A stretch of DNA of 63,917 nucleotides, the filler included, from Pirum gemmata (lineage: Eukaryota), in assembly GCA_002812295.1 (NCBI GenBank). It is 16 parts of 16 records of this genome, joined end to end, with 100 filler letters (N's around TTAATTAATTAA, not from the genome) between each part and the next. Parts side by side here need not be neighbours in the genome. Positions count along the whole stretch, not along the records: positions 1 to 3,724 come from PDIN01002025.1; positions 3,825 to 7,574 come from PDIN01002026.1; positions 7,675 to 12,157 come from PDIN01002027.1; positions 12,258 to 15,979 come from PDIN01002028.1; 12 more parts are not named here. One strand, written 5' to 3'. This document shows positions 1 to 12,507 of the stretch, piece after piece; positions within the stretch are counted from its first letter, which is position 1, and every line of letters starts with the position of its first letter. The notes beneath the pieces are model-generated. The model did no database searches, was not told the DNA's origin, and saw only the letters and a list, made by a program, of their open reading frames with translations. Made by a program: the position numbers and the translations under genes.

Positions 1-228
1 AAAAAAATAAAAAAAAAAAAAAAAAAAAAAAAAAACAAGTAAAAAAAATCTATAGTAAAAAGCACCAATAATAAAACAGTGATCTTCAGTTTCTAACTAT
101 TTCTTGCGAATGAATTTCCTTAATCTTGGATTTTGTGCATTGGTTTTCGGCCTGTAGACCCTGTAAAGTTGTAAACTCCCTGTAGCCGCCTGTTCACATT
201 CTGACCCCATATCATACTTTTTTTTTAA

Positions 229-481
229 CAACCAAGCCGGATAAAACTGTAGAAATCTTTTTTTTTTTTAGACTTCTTTTTTCTAAACAACTATGATAGC
301 CAAATTATTTTTAAAAACTAGCCATCGGTTCATAATAGAGTTTTATTAGTCATATGATTTCCCAAAATTTGGTAGCACTTTTAGCTAGGATAGTACTTTT
401 ATTAAAATTGGATTATTTTGAGATTTTTTGGATTTTGAGTGTTCATATGGCAGATGTCGCCATTGTTATTCGGCTTGGTAG
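229..481. mobile_element. TTAA-flanked MITE (piggyBac-like non-autonomous element)
   Basis: TIRs caaccaagccggataa / ttattcggcttggtag with TTAA on both sides (225-228, 482-485). Related copies near 27700, 28850, 39700, 45770, 57307, 57951, 59770. Confidence 0.8.
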
Positions 482-762
482 TTAATATATTTATATATTT
501 AGTTCCTCGTTTTCTACCCATTATTAGACCTACGCTGTTATTCGATTATTTTGAACTGATGAATGATTGACTTGATGTATGAAAGTTTTTTTTTTTCCCC
601 AAAAATCCTATCCTATTTTTTTTACGATGGTCTTGGTTCAGTTTCAAAATAATAGTTTACAAGTTTTTTAAAAAATTAAAAAACAAACTCCATGGCCAGT
701 AGTAAGGTTGGCAGTAACAAACTCAGTCATATATTATCATATTGATACAACTATGATATGAT

Positions 763-892
763 AAGGGAGTGTTCAAATAATATATCACGTCAAGGGGTAG
801 ATAGATAGGTGGTACTTTTAACCAGAAATTAACGTCGAGGGGTAGGTAGGTAGGGGTATTTGAAGCTGTATTTGACTGGAAGTTGGGGTTAC
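763..892 (+). mobile_element. G-rich PIF/Harbinger-like element end (dispersed repeat)
   Basis: Starts gggagtgttcaaataa like the TIR of the MITE at 21810. Close copies at ~6563, ~46240, ~58327, ~58924. Confidence 0.6.
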
Positions 893-920
893 ATGGTCCA
901 TATATTAATTAATATTATAT

Positions 921-1103
921 CGTGCTTTTCAGTTGTTTTGTCATTATAAAATATATAATAAAGAGTACCAAATTAATATAATACAAATCCATTTCATTTA
1001 ATTTGGTATATTTTATTATCCACCTATTCATTTAACAATGCCAATTAAAAAATTATAACCAACCAAGTAAATATTCGGAGTGGCAAAATAAATGAAAAGC
1101 ACG
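921..1103. mobile_element. ~190-bp MITE with cgtgcttttca / tgaaaagcacg TIRs (most abundant family here)
   Basis: TIRs seen directly. Full or partial copies at ~7480, 11230, 12700-12930, 19905, 21145-21343, 22449, 31174-31357, 37380, 45033, 45337, 45525, 46022, 58700. Often TA-flanked (Tc1/mariner-like by inference). Confidence 0.8.
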
Positions 1104-1947
1104 CAGGTGTCTGTGCAACTGGTCGTCTGTGTCTGCGACAAGTTAGACTATTGATTGAGTTGGTTACTGCTGCCTCTAAAATTTTTATAAATATGATAAA
1201 TAAAAATTAAAAAAAAGGGGGGCAGGAGAATAATATTATAATATTATACAGTTACTTTTTTTTTTAAAAAAAAAAAAAATGATATTATACTACTACACCG
1301 AAATATCCGATCATATCTAAAGTCTAACCTTTTATTATAGGTTGTTGGTTGTTGGTTGCTGGTTGCTAGTTGCTGGTTGTTAACTGCAGCTGGTATTATT
1401 TGGTTATTGGCTGTTGTTGTATCACAGTATTTTTTTTTTAATTAAATAATAATATTAATAATAATAATATTAATAATAATAATAATAACAATAATCAATA
1501 ATATAGTATGGTGGCATGTATATGGTTACAGAATTAAAAAAAGCCTAGGAATCTTTTTATTAAAAAACTATTGCTTTTTATCAATTGAATAAAACCATTT
1601 TTTATTAAAGCGCTCATAAAAATAACCCTATTAACGCTAACCCTAACACAGCCTATCCCTAAACCAGTTAGTTAGCTGTTGATTGGTTGGTTGGTTGGTT
1701 GGTGTCTAAACCCACAATCACACTATATTTAGCTTACCTTATAACCCTCACTTACTATCATACGTACCCCATACGCGTAAAACCCTGACCTAGCCTACAC
1801 AGATTAAATTATTTTCATTTTTGATTTAATTAGCACTCAATAATTTTATTGTTTTTGAAACTTTATTTAATTTATATTTTAATACAATGTCATATTATTT
1901 TATTTTTATGAAAAATAACAACCGAAAAAATCAAAATTTAGGAGCAT

Positions 1948-2586
1948 TTAGGAATAAATATACTTGCGAACAAGTATAGCATATATATCCGATACTTTCA
2001 AAGTTCCACCGTACATGGTTACCTGCGTTTTGGGGTCATCCTTATTAACAAGATCTCCTCCATTTTCAAGTTTATTTTTATTATCAATATCAATGCATTC
2101 ATTCTTTTTCGCTATAAAACAATTCTCTAACTCAAGCTTACTAGTCGAAGATTCAATATTCATCGTATTAATATGTTTTTCTGCATTTCTTTTGATAGCG
2201 TCTTCACATCCATATGTATGCATAAACTCAAACATACAAGTATTAAGTTTACTGGATGGTTTAGTATGTTTGAATAAAGCACGAACTGGGTTAACAAATT
2301 TAGCGTAAAAACTGCTATCCATTGCTGTTTTAGCAGTGTTATAAGCGGTTTCGTAACAACGTTTATATTCAACTTGATGTTTAGCTATATTTTTATCCGT
2401 AACCGTTTGGTATTCTGTAGAACAAGCTTGCATAAATTTAATCAAAGGGTCTATTAATATTTCATTTTGCTGAGTGGACGTCGGCATACTGTTTACTTTC
2501 ATGTTGGAAGTGTTTATAAGTAACACGATTATTAAAGCCATTAAGTTGGCATAGTTGAATAATGTAATTAATGATTTATTAGTCAT
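1948..2586 (-). CDS. Intronless hypothetical secreted or membrane-anchored protein, 212 aa, six Cys
   Basis: Complete ATG-TAA ORF of complex sequence, with an N-terminal hydrophobic segment (LMALIIVLLI) and a long poly-dA:dT tract upstream. No family recognised. Confidence 0.75.
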   Translation of the reverse strand: MTNKSLITLFNYANLMALIIVLLINTSNMKVNSMPTSTQQNEILIDPLIKFMQACSTEYQTVTDKNIAKHQVEYKRCYETAYNTAKTAMDSSFYAKFVNPVRALFKHTKPSSKLNTCMFEFMHTYGCEDAIKRNAEKHINTMNIESSTSKLELENCFIAKKNECIDIDNKNKLENGGDLVNKDDPKTQVTMYGGTLKVSDIYAILVRKYIYS

Positions 2587-2691
2587 CTTTTTGTTTATGT
2601 GTTATTGTATTATTGTATTATTATTAATTTGATTTACACAATAGTAATTATAATAATACTATTATATATAATATACTAATTTGTTTTTTTG

Positions 2692-2745
<54 letters not shown>

Positions 2746-3459
2746 TTTTTGTTTTTTATAATTCCAATCAGGTTTTTATAATCCTTTTTTTTGTTTTGTT
2801 TTGTTTTTAATTTTCGTTTTTAGTTTGTTTATTAGGTTTTGCTTTTTGCGTTTCTAGTGTATCTATTTTTCAAAAGTAGTATTAATACGACTATATATAT
2901 TGTATAAAAGATATAATATTATGGAAAAATTGTATGAAATATTAAACCATTTGTACTATATCTCAAAAAGTGTATAATATAATATCACGTAACCTAATTA
3001 TAATATCATTAAAAGTTTGTTCATAACAGTGGCATAACTAGAAATAATAATACGTATGCCGTGGTAGCAGTCGTAGTGGTAGTATGTAGCAATAGCAATA
3101 GTGGTACTAGTACTAGTAGTACTAGCTAGTAGTAGTAGTAGTAGTAGTAGCAGTAGTAGTAGTGGTGGTGGTGGTGGTGGTGGTGCATGTTGTAGTAGTA
3201 GTAGTAGTAGTATCAGCTGCAGTCTATCAGGAGTAGTATCGATAGTAGTAGTACTGGAGATTTAGTGTTCGATAATACCAACACTACTGGTTCTACTATT
3301 AACATGTTAGGTACTGATGATATATATAATCATATGTATGATGCACCCTTTTTTAATTTAATTGATATCATTCGATGTATCATAATGTATCGATGATCTT
3401 TGATAAATGTTTTTTATCAAAGTTTAAAGTTATTTTATTGGTTCAATGATGTTACTTAC

Positions 3460-3516
3460 ACCTCCATCATTACACAGTTTCAGCCATTCGGATCTCTGTA
3501 TGAATTGACCACATCC
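3460..3516 (-). CDS. Possible isolated 57-nt exon (GCGQFIQRSEWLKLCNDGG)
   Basis: ttag acceptor, gtaagt donor and open phase-0 frame. No partner exons identified. Confidence 0.3.
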
Positions 3517-3724
3517 CTAAACCAGCCTAAACTGAGCCAAAGTGAGCCAAACTGAGGATACAAAAACAATCTAGCCACTAACATTAAGGAAAAGAAAGAA
3601 TTGTTTTTGTGTGATCTCATTTTTTGTGAACAATGAAGTATATATATTGGTCAATGCTTTTGTCAAGAATAAATTATAGCCAATCCTTGTCACACAAAAA
3701 GAAAAAAAAAATCCAAAAAAAACG

Positions 3725-3824
3725 NNNNNNNNNNNNNNNNNNNNNNNNNNNNNNNNNNNNNNNNNNNNTTAATTAATTAANNNNNNNNNNNNNNNNNNNN
3801 NNNNNNNNNNNNNNNNNNNNNNNN
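3725..3824. other. Artificial contig linker N44-TTAATTAATTAA-N44 (first of 15)
   Basis: Identical 100-bp spacer with stops in all six frames at 3725, 7575, 12158, 15980, 19805, 23604, 27452, 33405, 37280, 41088, 44933, 48745, 52590, 56419, 60268. Confidence 0.98.
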
Positions 3825-4639
3825 CGCCACCGCCATCGCCATCGCCACCGCCACCACTGCCACCACCGCTGTCGCCACCCTACCGCCGCTACCGCCACTA
3901 TTCTATCGCCACTTCCATCACCAGACTTTTGTGGGATAATCTTCAAGAGTTTTATTAATTAATTAATAATAATAATTTGTAGTTCGGTTTCAGTTACAAT
4001 ATTTTGTAAATACTCGTTAATTTTCGTTTGGTTTTGGAATAATTGTTATATTATACTGCTATAACATACAAGAGTTAGGGATTAATTAAGATTAAAACTT
4101 ACCTTAAAAATTCTTTATCAATTATTAGTAATAATTAATTAACAAAAACAATATTAATGAATGAATTAATAATATTATTATAATAATATTTAATATTATA
4201 TAAATAATAAGTATTATTTATAAGCTTTATTATTAGGAATAAATTTTAGTTTTGTTTTTTGTTTACTTATTTACTTGCAATTGTTTGTGTTGCTTGTGTT
4301 GTATTGCATTAATTGTGTTGTGTTGTTTATAATATTGTGATGAGGTCCAGACCTCTCTTTCCTTCTGGGTTAGGGCTAGGGTTAGGGGTGGGTCAGGGTT
4401 AGGTTTGGGTTTCAGGTTAGATTTAGGCTCTTTAGGGTTAGAGTTATGATATGTGTGACTGGGTTCGGCTTATTGTAAAAAAGAACCTAGAAAAAAACCA
4501 GTCCAGTAAACCGCATCCAATCAAAAATAACAAAAAAAAATAGTTGACACAAAAGCTTAATGAGCAAAATCCAATTATATTCCTTCAATAATATTTTTTA
4601 AAAAAATATGGAAGTAATTAAGCTAGGGGATATGGGAAA

Positions 4640-4860
4640 ACATAACCGAATCAAACAGCTCGATTTTAATTATTTTAAATACTGACAATTTTGAAATGTT
4701 ATTCTTTTTTTTTTTCTATGAAATTTACTGAAATAATTTCTAAGAATTACTTTTAATTAAAAGTGAGTCAATACTTAAAATTAGATCGAAAATTCGAAAG
4801 TTTCGAACTAGTCTCGATTCGATGGTTTTTCCCGCATCTCTCGATTTGACTAAACGTTAC
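4640..4860. repeat. Dispersed repeat shared in reverse complement with ~13290-13545
   Basis: Shared blocks cgaatcaaacagctcgat, aaaagtgagtcaatacttaaaat and actagtctcgattcgatggttt on two different contigs. Confidence 0.7.
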
Positions 4861-5339
4861 CTAATTTGGATTTTTTTTTTTTTCTTTTTTTAAAAAAAAA
4901 ATATTACAAAAATGTTGATCTAGCATTTTGATTAGTGCGATCAATAATTATATTCTTTTATTGGTTAATTTACATGCATATTCATAGATTTCAAAGATTT
5001 TACAACAAATATTTCTAAAAAAGGGAAAAAAATTAGAATTTAGTAAAGGCATCAAACCAATCATAGAAGACTGTGTGAGCATTGCTTTTGTTTTTTACTA
5101 CTCAAAAGCTGCTAAATCTACTATATATGGCATTTGTTCTAGCATTTGTTCTCTAGCTTTGTTCTATGCTAAAGTAGCTGCTTTTGTTTTACAAAAAAAG
5201 TTTTTTCTTTTGTTTGTTTTTTTTTTTCAAAACGCTAACCCTACCCTAAACCCTAAACAGTCCTAAACCCTAATGCTAAAACTCTAACGTTAACTCTAAC
5301 TAACCCTAACCCAATATCAGCTTAGCATTTTTATGATAT

Positions 5340-6320
5340 TGACATTAATTAATATTAGTGTTAGTAGTGTATTAGTATTAATTAATATTAGTATCAGTAT
5401 AGTTGTATTAGTATTAGTATTAGTATTAGTATTAGTATTAACATTAGCATTAGCATTAATTAGGATTAGGATTAGGATTAGGATTAGGATTAGGATTAGC
5501 TATTGTATTAGTATTAGTATTAATATTAATATTAATTAATATTAGTATTAGTATTAGCAGTAGTATTAATTAATATTAGTATGAGTATGAGTATTGTTAG
5601 TATAAATTGTTATTATTATTAATATTAGTATTAGTATTAGTGTAAGTATTAGTATTAGCATTAGTATTAGTATTATTATTATTAGTATTAATATTAGTAA
5701 TTAATAGTAATAGTAACAGTAATTAATAATAAAAGAAATAGTATTATTATTAGTTTTAGCATTAGTTTTTAGTTTTAATTTTAGTACCAGTGCTAATATC
5801 AATATTAATATTAACATTAGTATTCATATTAGTATTAGTATCTGTGTTAGTATTAGTACTAGTATTAAAATTAATATTAGCATAGTATTAGAGTTTATTA
5901 GTATGACTTTAGTATTAGCAAAATATTATTAGTGTTAGTAATAGTAATTAATAGTAATAGTAAATTTAAAATAATAATATTAATAGTAAATTTATAAGTA
6001 CTAATAAAAGTATTAGTAAATTGGTATTAGCATAGTATTAGAGTGTATTAGAGTGTATTAGTATGGCTTTAGTATTAGCAAAATATTATTAATGTTAGTA
6101 ATAGTAATAGTAAATTTAAAATAATAATATTAAAATAGTAAATTTTTTTAAAAGTACTAATAAAAGTAGTAGTAAATTGGTATTAGCATAGTATTAGAGT
6201 GTATTAGTATGACTTTATTATTAGCAAAATGTTATTCGTGCTAGTAATAGTAATAGTAATAGTAAATTTAAAATAATAATAGTAAATTTAAAAAAGTACT
6301 AATAAAAGAAAGTATTAGTA
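5340..6320. repeat. Degenerate TTAGTA/TTAGGA/TTAGCA microsatellite with a ~150-bp higher-order repeat (x3)
   Basis: Hexamer runs; unit ttagcatagtattagag...aagtactaataaaag recurs at ~5877, ~6027, ~6183. Confidence 0.8.
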
Positions 6321-6782
6321 AAAGAGGGTAAAAGTATTAGTCATATTTGGTATCATTATCAGCATAATAGATCTCAAAACTTCTCAGATACCGATAGGAT
6401 GGCATAAGTCTAAATTAGGTTCAAGGTGGTTAAAAATGTAATTGAAAATTGAAATGTAATTTTTATTTTTTTTTTTTTAAAAAAAACTAAATCTGTGATT
6501 CGACTATTTTTTCAAGACTATTATGATTGGCTTAAAACGTTCGAATTCGTTATATGGTGCATTGGGGAGATATCAAATAATACGTCACCTCAAGGGGTAG
6601 GTAAGTAGGTGGTATTTGACCGGAAATTAACGTCGAGGGGTAGGTAGATAGGGGTATTTGAAGCTGTATTTGACCGGAAATTGGCGTTCACTAGAGTTTT
6701 CAATTTTCGAACATAAGTCATGTAAAAGGTATATTTAATTATAGGATTGAAATGTTCGAACATAAAAAAAAAAGAAAAGGTT

Positions 6783-7018
6783 GGACTTTTCCCAATTCTG
6801 TTGGGGCCCGAAAACTCGAATTTCTGCTGTCAAAAAAAAAAGCCAAAATTCAGTTCTGTTCGAGAATTATTTTTCCCATTTTTTTCGGGTGGTTTATAAA
6901 TAATAAATATATTTAAAAATACTTAATTGTAAGCTCAAAATTTCGAACTTATTTAAAATTTATAAATAGGCTTGAAAACTCAATTTTTTTAAAAAAGAGC
7001 AGAATTGGGAGAAGCCTG
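6783..7018. mobile_element. ~230-bp MITE with consensus ggcttctcccaattctg / cagaattgggagaagcc TIRs
   Basis: TIRs visible (left one degenerate in this copy). Copies at ~17830, ~36330 (reverse), ~48118-48329, ~48380. Confidence 0.75.
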
Positions 7019-7105
7019 CCAACTATACCATATCATAGACCTATTGGTGCGATACAGAGTTAGACTCAAGGCCGAGTTAGTATCTGTGTTTTTCAATATT
7101 GTTGC

Positions 7106-7350
7106 AGGAGGGATGAGATGACGTCATTTTACTAATTGAAGGCTCTGGTACCAAAAGTTCGCCAAAATGAAATTTTTGTGATTAAAATTACTTTTAATAG
7201 TATAATAGCTACTATTAATAGAAGCTTCTAAAATAGTAGCTACTATTTATAGCTATATAAATATTATTTATGGTAACTGCGAAGTGGCGAATAGCCTTCC
7301 ACTTCACCCCTCGCCCTTAAATGTTCGCAAAGGGGGTGCTCACCCCTCCT
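7106..7350. mobile_element. MITE with AG..CT termini and 8-bp TSD
   Basis: TIRs aggagggatgag / ctcacccctcct; TSD attgttgc at 7098-7105 and 7351-7358. Confidence 0.85.
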
Positions 7351-8051
7351 ATTGTTGCCCAGTTCATCAAAAACACACCAAATTATTATTATGGTTATAT
7401 TATCAGACATGTTTTAATTAATTAGGTATTTTTTACCTAATGCCGATTTCTGGTCAAATACAGCTTATAATAATATGTAGTGCTTTTCATTTGTTTTGAT
7501 AAAATAAACAATAAATAGTATCAAATTAATACAATATAAATCCATTTAATTAAATTTGGTATATTTTATTATCTNNNNNNNNNNNNNNNNNNNNNNNNNN
7601 NNNNNNNNNNNNNNNNNNTTAATTAATTAANNNNNNNNNNNNNNNNNNNNNNNNNNNNNNNNNNNNNNNNNNNNAATAATAATAATAATAATAATAATAA
7701 TAACGTTCTTCTCCAATATCTAAGAACGTGATGAAGACAGGATATTCGTCTAGTGCCACTAAGTTCCGGCTGAAAATCAAAGGCGCAATTGAAGGTAAAA
7801 TGCCTTACGACGAGGAAAAAGGATTGTTTTGCCCCCCAGGAACTACAGATACCGTTGTGGGGGTTTGTGAAAAAAAAAGCACTACATAGTTTTAGTTAGA
7901 TTCTCAAAAAATGTACGACACAATGAATTATGATGAGCGCATCGTGGACCATATGTTGACAGACACCTTTCGGAAGGTAAAGGCGTCAATAAAGGGGTCG
8001 ATGGGTACACGAAGTGCCAAACAAGCTGAATCCACCCGACTCTCCAACCTG

Positions 8052-8318
8052 ATATGAAACTATATGGATACATATATTTATATGACTATTTTATATACAT
8101 GCATATAATAAGCATATAGTTTTATGAATACATATAGTATATGAAACTATATGGATACATATATTTATATGACTATTTTATATACATGCATATAATAAAC
8201 ATATATAATTTTATGAATACATATAGATATGAAACTTTATGGATACATATATTTATATGACTATTTTATATACATGCATATAATAAACATATATAGTTTT
8301 ATGAATACATATAGTATA
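8052..8318. repeat. Tandem repeat, ~88-bp unit x3
   Basis: atatgaaactatatggatacatatatttatatgact... at ~8052, ~8139, ~8227. Confidence 0.9.
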
Positions 8319-8629
8319 TATCATGTAGTATAAAACTAACTATAATGTACTTTACTTCGTCAATTACGGGTTCACACATGTGTAAAGACTCATATAATAC
8401 TCTTATTATCAATATTAGAAGTATCAAACAATAAAGCATTACCCTCAGTACAATATCATATTTTTTTTTAATTATAGGGAAATTAGTCCAGCCTGCATTC
8501 AAAGTATTCAAACTACTCTTACGTTTTGACATATTATTTGCTAGTTTTTCAATAGGATGAAATTTATTATCCCTATGAGGTATTAGAAAAGCCATATTTG
8601 GATATTTTACTACGAGAATGGGTTCAACA

Positions 8630-8861
8630 AGTAGGGGTGAGATATCTACTTGAACTTTTTTCGAACAGATGCTTATCGAGCCACCTTAGTTCCGTTTTCC
8701 TTACTAATAATAGCAGTTAAATAGCTTAAAATAGAAAATTTAATTATAATAGATACCAATTAAAGTAATCATATTAACATTAATAGTAATAAAAACCATA
8801 AAATCGGAAAAGTTCCGGCAGCTGCTCGGTAATAATAAAATGACGTCATCTCACCCCTACT
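8630..8861. mobile_element. MITE with AG..CT termini and 8-bp TSD
   Basis: TIRs agtaggggtgagat / atctcacccctact; TSD gttcaaca at 8622-8629 and 8862-8869. Confidence 0.85.
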
Positions 8862-10130
8862 GTTCAACAACACTTTTGTTGCCAGATGCTTTTTTTGGAT
8901 CTTTTTAAGAATAGGATGGGTGTTTTTATCGTTACCTCTTTTCCAAGGCTTTTTTATTACTTTCTACCAATATATTATCATTTCCATCAAAATACATGGT
9001 AGCTTTTGGCATGTTAATTATCATAGTCTATATTCTCTTTTTTCGATATAATATCATTAAGCAAAATGATGGGGGAGCAGGGCAAAGAGAAATTTAAAGC
9101 GTTTATGTACAGATAAGTAGGATGTGAATGAAAACAAATGCGAGAATATCAAGAGGATTACGAAAGCATTCGTTGTTGGTTGTGCTATACAAAACAGCAT
9201 GAGGTAGACTGGGGGACTCCATAGGACGTAGTTGGCATATATGAGACGTTGTAATGCTTAGTTATGTGGTTTGAGATAGAATTTAGTTCTATATAGTGTT
9301 AAGAGATCATTATGGTGAGATAATGACGGTAATGAATGTGGTTTAAGCATATAAAGTTATGGTTCNNNNNNNNNNNNNNNNNNNNNNNNNNNNNNNNNNN
9401 NNNNNNNNNNNNNNNNNNNNNNNNNNNNNNNNNNNNNNNNNNNNNNNNNNNNNNNNNNNNNNNNNNNNNNNNNNNNNNNNNTTCTTGTAGTAACATGCAA
9501 ATTGCTTAAGATATGAATATTGTTGTGATATTATTTAGTTCTGGTAATGGCAAAAGAGTGAAAAGTCAAGGTTAGATTATAGAATTAATGGGGGTGTAAT
9601 AACAATATCGACATCATGCATAGCAATAATTGTGAACACCGAATTCGTGAGTGAATATAGGTGAGGAAAATTCCGGGAAGCTAGGTTTATAAAGAATTTA
9701 GTAGTGAATGGCAATAAAAGACAATTAGGTGGACATTGTTAATTGAGCTTCTGGAGACTAAAGGAGTGGTAATAGTACTGATACACTTGTGTTTAGTGCT
9801 ATATTGATGTGAGATCAATAGTGGAGAACATTGGTAAGATATGAGCGGAAAATAGTGAGATGTCATGGGTTGAATATATGAATCAATTGGTGTGTAATAA
9901 GTGGTATGAGATTCAAAATTGATATTAGTAGTTATATGCCGTGTATTATTGTAAAAGGTATGTGCTAAAGTAAGTAGGTCAATGGGGAAATTGCTGCGGA
10001 AAAAATGACCGTGAACTGAGAGAAAGGTTATAAGTGAGCATAATAATTGAGCGTGTCAATAGCATATAATACTGTGAAATAAGTTAAGGTTGGTAAGGTA
10101 AAATGAATAGTTTAGTGAATGGGGGTGTAT

Positions 10131-10486
10131 TGTGATGAAATCTCAATGGACTGACCGCGTGGCAATATGATTGGTCGATTGGATATACATTTATTCTCGA
10201 AACTATTATTTTATGTCGAGCTTATTTGTTTAGCTATGATTGAATTAAGTTTAAGTGTATGATTTTATTGTTTGGTATTATACAAATTGATTATGTGATA
10301 ATAATTTGTATTTGTAAATGATTATTTAGAATGTTCCAGAAAATTGTGGATTATGTAATAGTTAGTTTTCAGAAAGGTATATAAAAGCAGAGTGCAAAGC
10401 TTATGTGTGTATGAAAAGAAGAGCATAAATTTATAAAAGTCTAAAATGTTGTATGATAAATAAAAAGTATAAATTCATAAAACACA
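10131..10486 (+). mobile_element. Possible LTR
   Basis: TG start after purine-rich gaatggggg, tatataaaag box at ~10378, aataaa at ~10459, CA end. No second LTR or TSD seen. Confidence 0.3.
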
Positions 10487-10529
10487 AAAATACAAAATTA
10501 TATTTCTCTTTTTTCCATATAATATCATT

Positions 10530-10870
10530 TTAATACAAGTAAACCAAGGGACAAGTGCCTGAACTTGTTCCATTCCATATTTGGATGGGAAATTTCCCAA
10601 TAAAGCTATCTTCTTGATCTTCAAATATTATATTACCGGTATTAGTAATTTCTTGACTATTAGTAACGCTCCTGCAGTTCGAGCGAAAATAAAAGGTTTC
10701 AAATCTATTTCTATAATAAATTGACTCGTAGGTTTGCCCGAAAATATATTGGCGACGATAATACTTTTAACTTTTTTTGTTGTTGTACGGCAGTCCAAAA
10801 TACGGTACTTCAACTTGACTGAGGTGTTCGTGATACCAATTAATGGAGGTATTAATATTCCTTTCGATAT
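10530..10870 (-). pseudogene. Disrupted terminal-exon-like frame (INWYHEHLSQVEVPYFGLPY...GTCPLVYLY*) with one in-frame TAA
   Basis: About 110 codons of protein-like sequence broken by a single TAA at ~10768. Same strand as the upstream Cys-rich exons, but across a single-N join. Confidence 0.35.
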
Positions 10871-11432
10871 ATATTACTATACATCATTAACATTATCATC
10901 ATTAACATTATCATTATCATTATCATTATCATTATCATTATCATTATCATTATCATTATCATTATCATTATCATTATCATTATCATTATCATTATCATTA
11001 TCATTATCATTATCATTATCATTATCATAAATAAAAACGTCAATAAAAGTAAACTATTTTTTAGAATCCCTAAAAAATCCAATAGTAGACCAGGCCACAT
11101 CAATACGTCATATCTCCATGTGGTTTTTTTTATTTATATTTTATTATATGATAGTTTTTTTGCATAGTTTTTTTACTGTTTTTTTTTACCTGTTTTTTTT
11201 AGACTAAGTAGACTAGATATTTTCGCATATTTTCGTCATAAAATATGCAATAAATAGTACCAAATTAATACAATATAAATCCATTTTATTTAATTTGGTA
11301 TATTTTAATATATATTTATTTATTTAATTGGGTATANAAAGCCACTTCATCACTTTGACAAACTGTATTTATGTTGTTAAATAAACAAACAAATAAACAA
11401 ATAAATAAATAAATAAATACATAAATACATAA

Positions 11433-11480
<48 letters not shown>

Positions 11481-11485
11481 CAAAC

Positions 11486-11884
11486 CATTAGCTGCAATAA
11501 AATGCTGGTTACAAGAGGCCATTGGAAAACAGGTATTATTAAAAGAAGTTTGGTTCAAGTCTTTGTAAAAAGTACCGTTGATCGGCTCAGAACAGGTGAT
11601 ACCACTATAAGAGTCGGTACAAGAACAGACACTACCTGCCTTACAATTTCCATTGTAGGCGATGGTAGCAGTATTACAAGTGATACATTTATCGTTACTA
11701 TCAAGCCAAAAACTTGGTTTACAAGAGGTACAAGTGACGTTGCCATAACTATTACATTGTTTTACTGCCTCAAAATTAGAACAGTTCCCTGCTAAAGCCA
11801 CTTCATCACTTTGACAAACTGTATTTATGTTGTTAAATAAACAAATAAAAAAAAAAAAAAAAAAAAAAAAAAATAAAAAAAATA

Positions 11885-11915
<31 letters not shown>

Positions 11916-12113
11916 TGAACAAATAAACGGGCAAATAAGTAATAAGATATTGACCTTGACAAAGATTTCTATAAGGGTCAATAAATCGTTTAAAACTGAC
12001 AGGATTGCATGATTCACATTCAATGTGTGCAAATCCGTTTATTCCGGCGCAAAACGCTACACTTGTAATATTCGAACATGATCCGAGTTCAGCAGTTTTG
12101 TTATTTTGACAGC
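11486..12113 (-). CDS. Cys-rich EGF/furin-like repeat extracellular protein, two internal exons (12113-11955, 11818-11486)
   Basis: GT-AG phase-1 junctions give CQNNKTAELGSCSN...CESCNP...LCQVCQSDEVALAGNCSN...CTSCKPSFWLDSNDKC...CSCTDSYSGITCSEP (CxxC and EGF-like CxC-x5-G-x2-C motifs, several NxS/T sequons). Confidence 0.8.
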
Positions 12114-12114
12114 C

Positions 12115-12146
<32 letters not shown>

Positions 12147-12460
12147 TAAAATAATATNNNNNNNNNNNNNNNNNNNNNNNNNNNNNNNNNNNNNNNNNNN
12201 NTTAATTAATTAANNNNNNNNNNNNNNNNNNNNNNNNNNNNNNNNNNNNNNNNNNNNGAGTAGGAGTAGGAGTAGGAGTAGGAGTAGGAGTAGGAGTAGG
12301 AGTAGGAATATGATTAGTAGTAGTAGTAGTAGTGGGAGTAGGAGTAGGGGTAGTAGTAGTAGTGGGAGTAGGAGTAGGAGTAGGAGCAGAAGTAGGAGTA
12401 GGAGTAGGAGTAGGAGTAAAAATAGTAGTGTATATAGTAATAATAATAGTAGTAGTAGTA

Positions 12461-12507
<47 letters not shown>

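Noticed and set aside
3825..6431. Multi-exon plus-strand gene (candidate exons ~4442-4505, 4988-5074, 6370-6431), with a possible intron bounded by telomeric GT..AG at 4369-4441
   Set aside because: Splice-like signals exist, but I could not build a stop-free chain or recognise a domain.
7700..8055. Coding or retroelement fragment
   Set aside because: Protein-like, but with two stops and no diagnostic motif.
9000..10130. Retrotransposon internal region (strand-skewed composition, a GVPQ tetrapeptide)
   Set aside because: No ordered RT, RNase H or integrase motifs were recoverable; GVPQ alone is chance-level.
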